Positions 33,579-34,097 of a DNA stretch of 34,097 bases are shown piece after piece. The translations under genes and the position numbers were made by a program. The number at the start of each line of letters is the position of its first letter. The stretch's first letter is position 1. The stretch is from a virus (taxonomy: Duplodnaviria; Caudoviricetes): positions 1-34,097 of IMG/VR virus record IMGVR_UViG_3300010052_000166; one strand, written 5' to 3'. Below the pieces are notes generated by a model. That model made no database searches and was not told where the DNA came from. It saw only the letters and a list, made by a program, of their open reading frames with translations.

Positions 33579-34097
33579 ATGCCGAACAACCATGTTCGGG
33601 CAGCCGCCGAAGGCATGCCCAATGATGATCCCGCCGCGAAAATCGGAATGGAGCTAATTGCTTCTATGGCGCGAGACGAGGCCCTGCAGGTAGCTTCGTA
33701 TGAGCACAAGCGATCATCGAATAACCTATTCGATATTGCGATGGAACATGAGCAGGATCGCTCCTACGCGCTGCGGGACCTGCTCTCTACGACGAAGGCG
33801 ACCACTCTGACCGGCGCCGCATTTCAGCTTTGCGAGGCCGTGTCGCGCGTCGACATTATCCGGGACCAGTATCCCGAGGACGCAATGGGATACCGGGCGA
33901 AGCAGGACATCCGCGTTGTGATGCGGCTCCTGTACTCGGCGATCGACGTTATCGACGGTCTGATGTCGCCGAAACTCACCGACCTGGCGCCCACCTATCT
34001 GGGTGCGAATATCTCGCCGTGGAATGACCCCTACGAAGAAACCGAGCGACGCCTGCGTGCTGACGAAGAGCGGGCAGCGAAGAAAGGCGGTGCGTAA
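33579..34097 (+). CDS. Hypothetical protein divergent from XRE
   Basis: ATG 33579 after GGAG; helical; ends at the window edge. Confidence 0.75.
   Translation: MPNNHVRAAAEGMPNDDPAAKIGMELIASMARDEALQVASYEHKRSSNNLFDIAMEHEQDRSYALRDLLSTTKATTLTGAAFQLCEAVSRVDIIRDQYPEDAMGYRAKQDIRVVMRLLYSAIDVIDGLMSPKLTDLAPTYLGANISPWNDPYEETERRLRADEERAAKKGGA

Larger units (their letters stand above)
1..34097. mobile_element. Temperate podovirus-like prophage (BPP-1/T7-type virion module), near complete; att sites outside window
   Basis: Integrase, divergent control region, terminase, portal, scaffold, capsid, tail tube A/B, internal virion proteins, tail fibre and lysis cassette in canonical order; no tape measure or sheath gene. 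Confidence 0.93.

Noticed and set aside
33203-33709. N-terminal extension of the 300-aa minus ORF
   Set aside because: Overlaps the XRE gene and the divergent gene; the HNH plausibly starts at 33202.
1-34097. attL/attR, tRNA, rRNA or full CtrA boxes
   Set aside because: The window begins and ends at stop codons; no terminal direct repeat or tRNA/rRNA seen; only isolated TTAAC half-sites.

Overview
The window is a near-complete ~34 kb temperate podovirus-type prophage; protein families and GC-rich codon style suggest an alphaproteobacterial (Rhizobiales-like) host, which is an inference. It runs from the integrase stop codon to the stop codon of the last gene, so no att sites are visible. The left arm holds a tyrosine integrase and an RHH-like regulator, transcribed divergently from a Xis-like gene, a small wHTH replication-initiator-like gene with iteron-like repeats, an RNase H, a receiver-less CtrA-like wHTH and a NusG paralogue. 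A sigma70-like promoter and a structured leader follow, then a ~25 kb late operon: terS, terL, BPP-1/T7-like portal, scaffold, capsid, tail tube A/B, three internal virion proteins, tail fibre and an amidase/holin/spanin lysis cassette. Several morons and an XRE/HNH module lie in or after this operon. The most unusual signals are absent from the ORF track. (1) A 31-codon antisense gene between scaffold and capsid, with its own promoter and SD, encodes a lasso-type RiPP-precursor-like peptide (MKKQYQKPTLDKRDRLSDTTA-RVILSGDDPS), yet no maturation enzymes occur in the window. (2) Two similar antisense GGAAC-N18/19-TT (EcfG/RpoE2-like) promoters sit upstream of hairpin-rich intergenic RNAs in the head module. 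(3) A NusG paralogue-promoter-structured leader unit occupies the position of lambda Q/pR'/qut. (4) A repeated internal-loop RNA motif lies upstream of the capsid gene. All family calls come from motif recognition and gene order; no database searches were run.
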